From assembly GCA_017447445.1 (NCBI GenBank), contig JAFSNK010000024.1, positions 30,877 through 94,876 on the forward strand: DNA of 64,000 nt. The letters are read 5' to 3'. A program made the translations under genes and the position numbers. The notes under the pieces were generated by a model. That model saw nothing but the letters and a program-made list of their open reading frames with translations. It ran no database searches and was not told where the DNA came from. This DNA comes from Clostridia bacterium. GTDB lineage: Bacteria; Bacillota; Clostridia; Oscillospirales; CAG-382. This document shows positions 26,647 through 36,082 of this stretch, one piece after another; the first letter of the stretch is position 1; the number at the start of each line of letters is the position of its first letter.

Positions 26647-27009
26647 ATGAAAACCTTAGCAGAGCTCAACGAGATCAGAGAACGCATGAAAACGAAGGTA
26701 TCCGTTCGCGAAAACGGCAATACTTACAGAGTTGTTGTCGGTATGGCGACCTGCGGTATCGCGGCGGGCGCGCGTCCAGTTATGAGCGCGCTTCTTTCCG
26801 AGGTCACGGCTCAGCATCTTGAAGACACCGTTCACGTTTCGCAGACGGGATGCATCGGCATCTGCCAGTACGAACCCGTGGTGGAGATCTTCAAAGGCGA
26901 CGAGAAGTACACCTACGTTAAGATGACGCCCGAAAAGATGAAAGAAGTAGTGGATTCTCATCTTAAAAACGGCAAACCCATTACCGAGTACACCATCGGC
27001 TCGATGTAA
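26647..27009 (+). CDS. Thioredoxin-like [2Fe-2S] ferredoxin (HydD-like small subunit)
   Basis: ..VVGMATCGIAAGA.. and ..QTGCIGICQYEPVVE... Confidence 0.7.
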   Translation: MKTLAELNEIRERMKTKVSVRENGNTYRVVVGMATCGIAAGARPVMSALLSEVTAQHLEDTVHVSQTGCIGICQYEPVVEIFKGDEKYTYVKMTPEKMKEVVDSHLKNGKPITEYTIGSM

Positions 27010-27076
27010 AGAGCGGACGACAACTTTATAAGAAAGGAAGATTCTTTTCCGACGGAAAAGAAAAAGGACACAGAAT

Positions 27077-28873
27077 ATGATTCGTACACACGTACTTGTC
27101 TGCGGCGGCACCGGATGCATGTCCTCCGGAAGCGCTAAAATACGCGAGGTCCTTCAGAGCGAGATCGACAAAGCGGGGCTCACCGAGGAAGTAAAAGTAG
27201 TCCAGACCGGCTGTTTCGGCCTCTGCGCGCTCGGACCCGTTATGATAATCTACCCCGAAGGGACCTTCTATTCCCGCGTTACCGCGGAAGACGTTCCCGA
27301 AATAGTCGAGGAGCACCTTGTTAAAGGCCGCCTCGTTCAGCGGCTCGTCTATAACGACACCGGCGAAGCGAAGAAGCCCGAAGGGCCCGTTTCGCTCAAC
27401 GAGACCGGGTTCTATAAAAAGCAGATGCGCGTTGCGCTTCGCAACTGTGGCGTTATCGACCCGGAAAACATCGACGAATACATAGGACGCGACGGTTACA
27501 GCGCTTTGGAAAAGGTGCTCACGAGCATGACTCCCGACGACGTCATAAAGGTGATAGGCGATTCCGGTCTGCGCGGCAGAGGCGGCGCGGGATTCCCGAC
27601 CGCACGCAAGTGGCAGTTCGCGAAGAACAGCGTTTCCGATAAAAAATACGTCGTCTGCAACGCCGACGAGGGCGACCCCGGCGCGTTTATGGACCGTTCG
27701 GTCCTGGAAGGCGACCCGCACGCCGTGCTGGAAGCGATGGCTATCGCCGGCTACGCCATTGGCGCCGACGAGGGCTACGTTTACGTCCGCGCGGAATACC
27801 CCATCGCGGTAAAGCGTCTTTCCATCGCCATAGGTCAGGCGCGCGAATACGGCTTGCTCGGCAAGGATATATTCGGCACCGGCTTCAATTTTGACGTTTC
27901 GATCCGTCTCGGCTCCGGCGCGTTCGTCTGCGGCGAGGAGACCGCGCTACTCACCTCCATCGAGGGCAACCGCGGCGAGCCCAGACCGCGTCCTCCGTTT
28001 CCCGCGGTCAAAGGTCTGTTCGGTCAGCCGACAATCATCAACAACGTCGAAACGCTTGCCAACGTCGCGCAGATAATCAACAACGGCGCGGAATGGTTCG
28101 CGCAGATGGGCACCGAAAAGTCCAAGGGCACCAAGGTGTTCGCGCTCGGCGGCAAGATCAACCACACCGGCCTTGTTGAAATACCCATGGGCACCCCGCT
28201 CCGCACCATTATCGAAGAGATCGGCGGCGGCATACCCAACGGCAAGAAGTTCAAGGCGGCGCAGACCGGCGGTCCTTCCGGCGGCTGCATCCCCGCTTCG
28301 CTCATCGACACCCCTGTCGATTACGAATCCCTGCAGTCCATCGGTTCGATGATGGGCTCCGGCGGACTTATAGTTATGGACGAGGACAACTGCATGGTCG
28401 ACATCGCGAAGTTCTTCCTGGAATTCACCGTCGACGAATCCTGCGGCAAATGCACTCCCTGCCGTATCGGCACCAGAAGGATGCTGGATATACTTAACCG
28501 CATAGTCGAAGGCAAGGGCGAGGAAGGCGATATCGAAAAGCTGGAAGCGCTGGCGAACGACATTAAAGCCACCGCGCTGTGCGGACTCGGCCAGACGGCT
28601 CCGAACCCCGTTCTTTCCACCATAAGATATTTCCGCGACGAATACGAAGCGCACATCCGCGAGAAGAGATGCCCCGCCGGCAAGTGCAAAGCGCTGGCGA
28701 GATTCACTATCGACCCCGAGAAGTGCAAGGGCTGCTCGGCTTGCTCGCGCAAGTGCCCCGTCAACGCGATAAGCGGCGTTATAAAGAGCCCGTTCGTTAT
28801 AGATCAGGACAAGTGCATTAAATGCGGCACCTGCCTTGAGACCTGTAAGTTCGGCGCCATTTCGAAGAAATAA
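27077..28873 (+). CDS. NuoF-like NAD(H)/FMN/[Fe-S] subunit of [FeFe] hydrogenase (HydB/HndC-like)
   Basis: N-terminal [2Fe-2S] (VCGGTGC..GCFGLCALGP). NuoF core GLRGRGGAGFPT..YVVCNADEGDPGAF..ESCGKCTPCR. C-terminal 2x[4Fe-4S] (CKGCSACSRKCP, CIKCGTCLETC). Confidence 0.9.
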   Translation: MIRTHVLVCGGTGCMSSGSAKIREVLQSEIDKAGLTEEVKVVQTGCFGLCALGPVMIIYPEGTFYSRVTAEDVPEIVEEHLVKGRLVQRLVYNDTGEAKKPEGPVSLNETGFYKKQMRVALRNCGVIDPENIDEYIGRDGYSALEKVLTSMTPDDVIKVIGDSGLRGRGGAGFPTARKWQFAKNSVSDKKYVVCNADEGDPGAFMDRSVLEGDPHAVLEAMAIAGYAIGADEGYVYVRAEYPIAVKRLSIAIGQAREYGLLGKDIFGTGFNFDVSIRLGSGAFVCGEETALLTSIEGNRGEPRPRPPFPAVKGLFGQPTIINNVETLANVAQIINNGAEWFAQMGTEKSKGTKVFALGGKINHTGLVEIPMGTPLRTIIEEIGGGIPNGKKFKAAQTGGPSGGCIPASLIDTPVDYESLQSIGSMMGSGGLIVMDEDNCMVDIAKFFLEFTVDESCGKCTPCRIGTRRMLDILNRIVEGKGEEGDIEKLEALANDIKATALCGLGQTAPNPVLSTIRYFRDEYEAHIREKRCPAGKCKALARFTIDPEKCKGCSACSRKCPVNAISGVIKSPFVIDQDKCIKCGTCLETCKFGAISKK

Positions 28874-28886
28874 GGAGGACGACGCA

Positions 28887-30638
28887 ATGAATATGGTCAA
28901 TCTTACTATCGACGGCGTAAAAGTTACCGTTCCCGAAAATTACACTATACTCGAAGCGGCGCGCGAAGCGCATATAAACATCCCCACCCTTTGCTATCTT
29001 AAAGACATAAACCAGATCGGCGCCTGCCGCATCTGCCTTGTCGAGATAAAGGGCGCGCGCGCGCTCCAGGCGGCGTGCGTTTCCCCCGTCGGCGAAGGAA
29101 TGGAAGTCACCACCAACAACGAAAAGCTTCGCCGCGCAAGAAGGACGAACCTTCAGCTCCTCCTTTCCAACCACAACCGCGAATGCACCTCCTGCGTGCG
29201 CAGCGCGAACTGCGAACTTCAGGCGCTCTGCCGCGAATACGGTGTGGACGATTACCCCTACGACGGCGAAAAGACGAAGACTACGCTTGACGAAGTAGGT
29301 CCTTCCATTGTCCGCGACAACAGCAAGTGCATCTCCTGCCGCCGCTGCGTCGCCGCCTGCAACAAGATACAGAAGATCGGCGCGATAGGCGTTTCCAAGC
29401 GCGGATTCAAGACCACTATCGGCAGCATCTACGGCAAGAGTCTTTCCGAAAGCCCCTGCGTCAACTGCGGCCAGTGCATACTCGCCTGCCCCGTCGGCGC
29501 CCTGCACGAAAAGGACAGCACCGCGGAAGTCTACGCCGCGCTCGCCGATCCGGCAAAGCACGTCGTCGTTCAGCCCGCCCCCGCCGTCCGCGCCACTTTG
29601 GGCGAGGAATTCGGCCTGCCCGTGGGCACCAGCGTCACCGGAAAGCTTGCCGCTTCTTTAAGAAGACTCGGCTTTGATAAGGTATTCGACACCGATTTCG
29701 GCGCCGACCTCACCATTCTGGAAGAGGGCACCGAGCTTATCGGCCGTCTTAACAACGGCGGCGTCCTGCCGATGATCACCTCCTGCTCGCCCGGCTGGAT
29801 AAAGTACTGCGAGGAATTCTATCCCGATTTCATCCCCAATCTTTCGACCTGCAAATCCCCGCACGAGATGATGGGCGCGGTAATAAAGAGCTACTACGCC
29901 GAAAAGGCGGGCATCGACCCGAAGGATATCTTTGTCGTTTCGGTGATGCCCTGCACCGCGAAGAAGTTCGAAGCCAAGCGCGAGGAGCTTTCCAACAACG
30001 GTCTGCAGGACGTTGACGCCGTGCTTACCGTTCGCGAGCTTGCAAGGATGATAAAGAACGCCGGCATCGACTTTAACCGTCTGCCCGACGAGGACTTCGA
30101 TTCCGTGCTCGGCGAATCCACCGGCGCCGGCGTCATCTTCGGCGCTACCGGCGGCGTTATGGAAGCCGCGCTGCGTACCGTTTACGAAGTCGTTACCGGA
30201 AAAACGCTTGACAACGTCGATTTCCACGCCGTTCGCGGCACCGAAGGCATTAAAGAAGCCGAAGTCGATCTCGGCGGCAAGGTCGTTCACGTCGCCGTGG
30301 CGCACGGCACCGGAAACGCAAGCGCCCTGCTCGATATGGTCAAGCGCGGCGAAAAGCACTATGAGTTCATCGAAGTCATGGGCTGCCCCGGCGGCTGCGT
30401 GACCGGCGGCGGCACTCCGATAGTCGACGCCACCACGCGTTCCTATATCGATCTTAAGACCGAGCGCGCGAAAGCCCTTTACGGCGAGGACGCCGGCAAG
30501 GCAAAGCGCAAATCGCACGAGAACGAAGAGCTCAAGACGCTTTACAAGGAATACCTCGGCGAGCCGAACTCCCACAAAGCGCACGAGCTGCTTCACACTC
30601 ACTACGTCGAAAGACCGAAATACAGCATCAACAAATAA
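28887..30638 (+). CDS. hydA: [FeFe] hydrogenase catalytic subunit, group-A3 (trimeric/bifurcating-type) architecture
   Basis: N-terminal [2Fe-2S] and His/Cys clusters (CYLKD..GACRICLVE; NHNRECTSCVRSANCELQ; CISCRRCVAAC; CVNCGQCILACP). H-cluster motifs are TSCSPGW (variant), MPCTAKKFE and EVMGCPGGCVTGGG. AGGAGG RBS before the ATG at 28887. Confidence 0.9.
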   Translation: MNMVNLTIDGVKVTVPENYTILEAAREAHINIPTLCYLKDINQIGACRICLVEIKGARALQAACVSPVGEGMEVTTNNEKLRRARRTNLQLLLSNHNRECTSCVRSANCELQALCREYGVDDYPYDGEKTKTTLDEVGPSIVRDNSKCISCRRCVAACNKIQKIGAIGVSKRGFKTTIGSIYGKSLSESPCVNCGQCILACPVGALHEKDSTAEVYAALADPAKHVVVQPAPAVRATLGEEFGLPVGTSVTGKLAASLRRLGFDKVFDTDFGADLTILEEGTELIGRLNNGGVLPMITSCSPGWIKYCEEFYPDFIPNLSTCKSPHEMMGAVIKSYYAEKAGIDPKDIFVVSVMPCTAKKFEAKREELSNNGLQDVDAVLTVRELARMIKNAGIDFNRLPDEDFDSVLGESTGAGVIFGATGGVMEAALRTVYEVVTGKTLDNVDFHAVRGTEGIKEAEVDLGGKVVHVAVAHGTGNASALLDMVKRGEKHYEFIEVMGCPGGCVTGGGTPIVDATTRSYIDLKTERAKALYGEDAGKAKRKSHENEELKTLYKEYLGEPNSHKAHELLHTHYVERPKYSINK

Positions 30639-30655
30639 GTTTTTGCATACGAAAA

Positions 30656-30685
30656 GGCCCCGGAAGCGTTTCCGGGGTCTTTTTG
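30656..30685 (+). terminator. Intrinsic terminator of the hydrogenase operon
   Basis: GGCCCCGGA-AGCGUU-UCCGGGGUC followed by UUUUUG. Confidence 0.8.
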
Positions 30686-30696
30686 CCGCGTTGCAC

Positions 30697-30725
30697 TTGA
30701 CATTCCCGCGTGAAAAATATATAAT
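30697..30725 (+). promoter_or_regulatory. Candidate promoter for tRNA-Pro
   Basis: TTGACA (30697-30702), a 17-nt spacer and TATAAT (30720-30725). Confidence 0.6.
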
Positions 30726-30810
30726 ATATAAGCTTCGGGAAACGAATCGTTCGCTCCGCAAGCCGGCAAAAAGTAGGATTTTAGATTTAATACGTTATGA
30801 TCATTCACTT

Positions 30811-30886
30811 CGGGGTGTGGCTCAGTTGGTAGAGCGGGTGGTTTGGGACCATCAGGCCGCAGGTTCAAGTCCTGTCACTCCGACCA
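30811..30886 (+). tRNA. tRNA-Pro (anticodon UGG), CCA encoded
   Basis: Manual cloverleaf: acceptor CGGGGUG/CACUCCG, anticodon stem GGUGG/CCAUC with loop UU-UGG-GA, T-arm GCAGG-UUCAAGU-CCUGU. Confidence 0.9.
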
Positions 30887-30887
30887 T

Positions 30888-30936
30888 ATCGAGTATTCAT
30901 AACGGACTTGAGTTATGGATACTCGATTTTCTTTTG
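30888..30936 (+). terminator. Intrinsic terminator directly after tRNA-Pro
   Basis: Long hairpin AUCGAGUAU..(CAUAAC/GUUAUG)..AUACUCGAU followed by UUUCUUUUG. Confidence 0.7.
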
Positions 30937-30961
30937 TTTTCTCGAACTTTTCCTATGTATC

Positions 30962-30992
30962 GAGCAGGTTCGGATGAGCCTGCTCTTTTTTT
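30962..30992 (+). terminator. Second plus-strand terminator abutting the recombinase stop codon
   Basis: GAGCAGG-(10 nt)-CCUGCUC followed by UUUUUUU. It ends 2 nt before the TAA (30996-30994) of the minus-strand recombinase. Confidence 0.6.
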
Positions 30993-30993
30993 G

Positions 30994-32709
30994 TTATGCC
31001 GTGGCGATCTGCGGAACGTATTCGACGGATACGCCCTGTCGGGTGTCCGCTCTGACGTTATGCCGGTGTTTAGGAAGTTCAGGTATCTCGATATACCCGA
31101 CGAATCGGTAATACACCGCTACCCGCTGCACTCTGCTTTTGCCAACGCCTTCCGTCTCGAAAACGTCGATGTGGTCGATCAGTTCCTGCAGCAGAGGTCG
31201 CGTCAACACCTGCACCTCAAGAAATCTTCGGATCGCCGCTACGAATTGCTCTTGACCGATCTTGAGCGCATCTGCTTCGGCGAGGTCTTTACGGAAACGG
31301 CCGATCTTGTTTTTCAGTTCAAGACGCTCCGTTTCGTACTTTTGCGACATGTGCATGAACCATTCTTCCGAAACCTTGTTTTCGGCGTGATCCTCATAGA
31401 GCTTTTCGTACAATCCGGAAACCTTTTCGTTTCTCGCGACGGCTTTGTTGATCTCGTCCTGCAAATGCTTCTGCTCCTTGAGAATATCGCCGTTCGTCTT
31501 GTTCGTCAGAATCTCGATGAATGCTTCCTCATCGTCCTGCAGGAACTCGGCGAGGCGGCGAAGCTCCAGCATCACAACCTGCTCGATAGCGTCGGCGCGG
31601 ATATAGTGCCTTGTGGGACAAGTGCCGCGATAGTCTTTGGTATAGTTGGAGCACGAAAAATAGTGGATTTCCTTGTTGATCGTGTTCGTGTGATACCAAA
31701 GCTTTTTGTGGCAATCCCCACAGTAGAGATAATCCGAAAGCAGATGCTTTTCGCCGCCGTCGTTCTTCGGGGCGCGCCGCTTTGTTTTAGACTTGATTTC
31801 CTGCACCCGTTCAAACACCGCCCGCTCGATAATTGGCTCGTGAACGTCCTTGAAAATCACCCAGTTGTCTGGATCGTTCGGCAAGCGTTTCTTGTTGCGG
31901 AAGTTCTTGGAGTAGGTCTTGAAGTTGATCACGTCGCCGCAATACTCCTGATTCTGAAGGATCGACCATACCGTCACGCACTTCCACTTGCACGGATCGC
32001 TCGGCATTTTCTTACCGCCTCGATTGATACCTCTGTCGTGCCAGTACGCCGTCGGGTTCAGGATCTTACGCTCTGAAAGAATACGGGCGATGGTTTCGTT
32101 GCCCTTACCCTCCATACACATCTTGAAGATCTCACGAACGATCTCTGCCGCGCCGGGTTCGATGATCCACTTTTTCTTGTTCAGCGGGTCTTTGATATAC
32201 CCGTAAGGCGGCTGACCGAGCGGCTCTCCGCAATTGCCGCGAATACGATGAGCGGAGCGTACCTTCTTGCTGATGTCGCGGGCGTACATTTCATTCATGA
32301 CGTTCTTGAACGGCGCGATCTCGTTCTCCCCGTCGTTGCTGTCCACAAGATCATTTACGGCAATGAAGCGGACGTCGTGTTCGGGAAAGTAGTTGTCCAT
32401 ATACATTCCGACGGTCGGCGCGTATCTGCCGAGACGGGAGAGGTCTTTTACCATTACGGTCGTGACGTAGCCCGCCTCGATGTCGTCCAGCATCTGCTGA
32501 AAGCCGGGACGGTCGAAGTTCGTGCCGGTATAGCCGTCGTCAACATAGCAGCGAGTGTTTTTCAGCCCGTATTCCTTTGCCTTCTTTTCGAGCAAACGTT
32601 TTTGATTATTGATCGAATTACTCTCGACCTCCGCGCCGTCGTCGCGCGACAGACGGCAGTAGAGCGCGGTCGTTCCTACGATCTTATTCAGTTTTGTTTT
32701 CGACTGCAT
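30994..32709 (-). CDS. Large serine recombinase (TnpX/TndX-like)
   Basis: N-terminal resolvase domain ALYCRLSRDDG..SNSINNQK..VKDLSRLGR. Recombinase/Zn-ribbon region ..YLYCGDCHKKLWYHTN..FSCSNY... Long C-terminal coiled-coil extension. AGGAGG RBS before the ATG at 32709. Confidence 0.85.
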   Translation of the reverse strand: MQSKTKLNKIVGTTALYCRLSRDDGAEVESNSINNQKRLLEKKAKEYGLKNTRCYVDDGYTGTNFDRPGFQQMLDDIEAGYVTTVMVKDLSRLGRYAPTVGMYMDNYFPEHDVRFIAVNDLVDSNDGENEIAPFKNVMNEMYARDISKKVRSAHRIRGNCGEPLGQPPYGYIKDPLNKKKWIIEPGAAEIVREIFKMCMEGKGNETIARILSERKILNPTAYWHDRGINRGGKKMPSDPCKWKCVTVWSILQNQEYCGDVINFKTYSKNFRNKKRLPNDPDNWVIFKDVHEPIIERAVFERVQEIKSKTKRRAPKNDGGEKHLLSDYLYCGDCHKKLWYHTNTINKEIHYFSCSNYTKDYRGTCPTRHYIRADAIEQVVMLELRRLAEFLQDDEEAFIEILTNKTNGDILKEQKHLQDEINKAVARNEKVSGLYEKLYEDHAENKVSEEWFMHMSQKYETERLELKNKIGRFRKDLAEADALKIGQEQFVAAIRRFLEVQVLTRPLLQELIDHIDVFETEGVGKSRVQRVAVYYRFVGYIEIPELPKHRHNVRADTRQGVSVEYVPQIATA

Positions 32710-32948
32710 GAGTCCTCCTTTCCGGCAGCCGAACATACATATTCATCGTTAATTGTAGCTGAGTCCATATCCGCTGTCAAATCTGCGAAATCCCCGCCGA
32801 CAAAGCTTTTCATTCTGTCTGTGATAGTCAGTTTTTCCGTATCTGTCGGTTTGGCGAAGTGGGACGTAACGATATACGTCACGTCCCCGATCTTGTACTC
32901 ATGCTCGACGGCGCCGAGTCCGATGATCCAATTTCCCATATCCGTCAC
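32688..32948 (-). CDS. Small hypothetical protein coupled to the recombinase
   Basis: 86-aa ORF. Its GTGA start overlaps the ParB-like stop, and its 3' end overlaps the recombinase start by ~20 nt. No family could be assigned from memory. Confidence 0.45.
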   Translation of the reverse strand: MTDMGNWIIGLGAVEHEYKIGDVTYIVTSHFAKPTDTEKLTITDRMKSFVGGDFADLTADMDSATINDEYVCSAAGKEDSCSRKQN

Positions 32949-33928
32949 CTCGCACCCTGATCGCGGTTACGCTCAAGATATTTCTTGTAGTAATCGACGG
33001 CGGAGTAGAGATACTTGATAAAATCTTCGTCCGTCATATTTTTGCCGATGCGCTTGCGGAGTTCGTCAGCGGGAATCTTGACTTTTTCGATCTGGTTCGG
33101 TTTTTGCTCGTCCATGATCGCCTTGACGTCTTCGTAGCTGATCTCGCCTTCGGCGGCTTTCTCGCGGATGCGCCGCGTCTGTGCATGGGACGGAAAAACC
33201 TCGCCTCCGCTTTCGTCGATGCGGTCAACAATATCGCGCTGGACTTCCTCGTCAAGATACGACATCTCGACTGCCGGACGCATCCCGATTTTACCGTCAT
33301 CCACATACTGCAAGAGCTCGGGTACAAGGTAGGTCAGACGGATATAGCGGGAAATCTGACGGGCGCTGTCATTGCTGTTTTCAGCCAGTTTTTCGTCGGT
33401 GCGATTATCGCGTGACTTCGCGCCCAGTGGGCGCGAAGTTGAATCAACGTTTTCTGTCTGCTCCAAATCCGTCCGTTTGCCCTGTCTGCTCATCGCGTCC
33501 ATCTTCATCTTGTACGCCTTCGCCTTTTCCGACGGCAGTAATTCGGTGCGCTGACAGTTGGAATCGACCATCATAACCGTGGCGGCGTCGCGGTCGATAA
33601 AGTGTACGGTGCACGGCACTTTCTTCAAGCCGAGCTTCTGCGCGGCGAAGAAGCGACGATGCCCGGATATTATCTCATACTTGCCGTCCTCGCCTTCCAA
33701 CGGACGGACGAGCAGCGGACTCAGAATACCGTGTTCTTTGATACTGTCGGTCAATTCGGTCATGCTCTCGTTTTCGATCACCTTGTAGGGATGATCCCTG
33801 AACGGGACTAAATCTTCGAGCTTGATGATAAGAGATTTCGCTTTTACTGCGGTTTCGTGTTTTGCCTCAACAACGGTGTCGGTTTTGTCATTCATAATAA
33901 CGTCGGTTTCTTTTTCGGTTTTCTTCAT
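32945..33928 (-). CDS. ParB/Sulfiredoxin N-terminal domain protein (ParB-like nuclease/partition family)
   Basis: ..LVPFRDHPYKV..SIKEHGILSPLLVRPL..YEIISGHRRFFAAQKLG... GGAGGG RBS before the internal ATG at 33928. Confidence 0.75.
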   Translation of the reverse strand: MKKTEKETDVIMNDKTDTVVEAKHETAVKAKSLIIKLEDLVPFRDHPYKVIENESMTELTDSIKEHGILSPLLVRPLEGEDGKYEIISGHRRFFAAQKLGLKKVPCTVHFIDRDAATVMMVDSNCQRTELLPSEKAKAYKMKMDAMSRQGKRTDLEQTENVDSTSRPLGAKSRDNRTDEKLAENSNDSARQISRYIRLTYLVPELLQYVDDGKIGMRPAVEMSYLDEEVQRDIVDRIDESGGEVFPSHAQTRRIREKAAEGEISYEDVKAIMDEQKPNQIEKVKIPADELRKRIGKNMTDEDFIKYLYSAVDYYKKYLERNRDQGAR

Positions 33929-34032
33929 GACGGAAAACCCTCCTTTTTTATTTATTTCGCTGTTGTAGCAAAGTCGTTTCAAGCAGTGATGAACGGTCAA
34001 CAGCCGCCCGTGTGTTTTTTTGGGGTACAACT

Positions 34033-35532
34033 TCATCGTGAGACCGTCTTTTCGGTCTCTCTTGCGTCTTTCATCTTGAAGCCTTTTGCGTGTTCATAGG
34101 GGTCGAGCCCGCGCTGTACGTTCTGCTCTGCGCGGAGCAGTTCGCGGACTTTGGGAACGTCGTTTAAAATCGTCTGTGCGGTATCCTTTTGAAAACGGAG
34201 CCGCGTAAGATATTCGGTGCATTTGTCGCGTTTTTGCTTGTACTCGGCGATCAATTTTGTATCGGTCGCGTTGCGGAGCTTATTACGCCAGTGCTCACGG
34301 ATCTTTTTCATATCAATGATGTCAAACTCCCGCTGCGCGATATAGTCCCGTATCTCGTCCGCCGTTTTGAACTTTGCTTCCGACATCAAAAGCATTTGGT
34401 TCGTCCGTCTATCCAAAAACCGTTCCGCTTCTTTCATTTCCGGCGACTTCGGTTTCATCCGGACGGCGACGACGTATTCCGGAACTGTCGCTTGGTCCCG
34501 CAGAAGTTCATACGCGAGTTTTACCGTCTCAACCGTAATGTCAAGAAGCAGAACGAACAGCGTCAGATATATCTCCACGAGATTTGAACTGCCGAAATCC
34601 GCGTAGTAGAACTTCTTGCGGTATTCGTACTCCTTGCCGGGCGGATGTGCGACGATCCATTCCCGCGTGTACGGATCCATATATCTGTCGTATTTCCGCC
34701 TTGTGTTTTCAAAGTCGTAATCGTAGTTTTCATAGTAACGGGCTTCGATCGCGGGTCTGTCGTACTGCTCGCCGAGATGATACAGACGCATGGGTTTCTT
34801 TGCGTTGACTGAGCGGATCGTACCGTGCCTGTGCCCGAAAGGCATTGAGACGATATATCCCTGAGATTTCATCACGTCGACAAAGCTGTTGTGATCCCAG
34901 CTCATCGTCAGCGCCTTATCTATCGCCTCGCGCATCAGATTGTACTTGGTCGGCTCTCCGTTCTTTTCCGCGATATAGATCGGGCGGGGTATTCTCTTTT
35001 TTCTTGGGTGCTGTATGACCGTCAAACCCTCCCTGGCGCACATCTCGTCGGAGAGATTTCTCATCCGGTAATACTCCCGCTTGCAGCAGTCGTATTTCTT
35101 TCCGTCCCACATTCCCACGGCGTTGAGAACGAAGTGGTTGTGAAACGTACCCGTATTGAAATGGGTGGCGACGAGGACCTGGTATTTATCGCCCCACATC
35201 TTTCGGGCAAGCTCCACGCCGAGCCGGTGGCATTGCTCCGGCGTGACCTCTCCGGTCTTGAAGCTCTGGTAGGCATGGTATGCGACGTTCTTGCCGCCGC
35301 TCTTGCCAAATCGCTCCTGCACGTCCCGCATTTCTTCAAACGCGGTTTCCACTTTGCAGTTGACACCGGTGACGGCGTAGAACCGTTCGCCTTCCGACAT
35401 CACCTTATCCTCGTTGGAAGCGTATTTGACGACGTGCTCCAGATCGGTAAACTTCGTCTTTTCGGGGTTGTTGCAATAGTCGATCACACGGGAGATACTA
35501 TCCGTTACCGGCCAGATCTTCGTCACCGCCAT
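34033..35532 (-). CDS. MobA/VirD2-family relaxase/mobilization nuclease
   Basis: ..KNVAYHAYQSF.. (catalytic Tyr region) and ..VATHFNTGTFHNHFVLNAV.. (His triad HxxxxxxHxH). 499 aa. Confidence 0.8.
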   Translation of the reverse strand: MAVTKIWPVTDSISRVIDYCNNPEKTKFTDLEHVVKYASNEDKVMSEGERFYAVTGVNCKVETAFEEMRDVQERFGKSGGKNVAYHAYQSFKTGEVTPEQCHRLGVELARKMWGDKYQVLVATHFNTGTFHNHFVLNAVGMWDGKKYDCCKREYYRMRNLSDEMCAREGLTVIQHPRKKRIPRPIYIAEKNGEPTKYNLMREAIDKALTMSWDHNSFVDVMKSQGYIVSMPFGHRHGTIRSVNAKKPMRLYHLGEQYDRPAIEARYYENYDYDFENTRRKYDRYMDPYTREWIVAHPPGKEYEYRKKFYYADFGSSNLVEIYLTLFVLLLDITVETVKLAYELLRDQATVPEYVVAVRMKPKSPEMKEAERFLDRRTNQMLLMSEAKFKTADEIRDYIAQREFDIIDMKKIREHWRNKLRNATDTKLIAEYKQKRDKCTEYLTRLRFQKDTAQTILNDVPKVRELLRAEQNVQRGLDPYEHAKGFKMKDARETEKTVSR

Positions 35533-35824
35533 CGTCGTCGACCTCCTTTCCGTGATAAAGATCCAGCAATATCTCCTGCACCGATTTCAGTGCCGCTGTA
35601 AATTCTTCCGTCCCTTTGTACTGCTCAAGTTTTTGCACAATAACACCGACTTTTCGGTACGCAATCTGCAATCCCTCGCGCGGCATTTCGTTGACCGGCT
35701 TGTCCAAAGCGCAGTTTCGGATATAGTCCGCGTCTGTCATCCCGCATCGTTTCGCCTTACGGTGTATCTTTTCTTTTTCCGTCTTTGTCGCTCTGAAATT
35801 GATCTGCTGTTTTCTTTCCCTCAT
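35498..35824 (-). CDS. mobC: MobC-like relaxosome accessory protein (RHH)
   Basis: ..QINFRATKTEKEKIHRKAKRCGMTDADYIRNCAL.. typical of MobC. It overlaps the relaxase start. Confidence 0.7.
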   Translation of the reverse strand: MRERKQQINFRATKTEKEKIHRKAKRCGMTDADYIRNCALDKPVNEMPREGLQIAYRKVGVIVQKLEQYKGTEEFTAALKSVQEILLDLYHGKEVDDDGGDEDLAGNG

Positions 35825-36015
35825 GGTGTTTCACCTCCTCTCCACGGGGTCATAGGGGCAGCGCCCCTGAGCGCCTTCGGCGCGTCCGGTTTTGTGGCTA
35901 TACAAAACCTATGCTCGCTATCCTTACGGATAAGATAGCCGCGTATAGCCGTCCTCTTTCGGGCTTCGTTCTTCACGGAAAGCCGCCCGCGCTTTTCGCT
36001 GCCGTGTTGGATCAT
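35821..36015 (-). CDS. Possible small basic ORF translationally coupled (ATGA) to mobC
   Basis: 64 codons, with AGGAG 9 nt upstream of the ATG at 36015, and the stop overlaps the mobC ATG. The composition is low-complexity and the region is rich in inverted repeats, so it may be non-coding oriT DNA. Confidence 0.25.
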   Translation of the reverse strand: MIQHGSEKRGRLSVKNEARKRTAIRGYLIRKDSEHRFCIATKPDAPKALRGAAPMTPWRGGETP

Positions 36016-36082
36016 ATACACCAACTCCTTTCTCGGCTCCCGTTCAGGTGGGAGCAGTATTCGTTTTGATAACCGCTTCTGC

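Noticed and set aside
30643-32076. 477-aa plus-strand ORF starting before tRNA-Pro
   Set aside because: It reads through the tRNA gene and two terminators and is antisense to the serine recombinase. It has no motifs.
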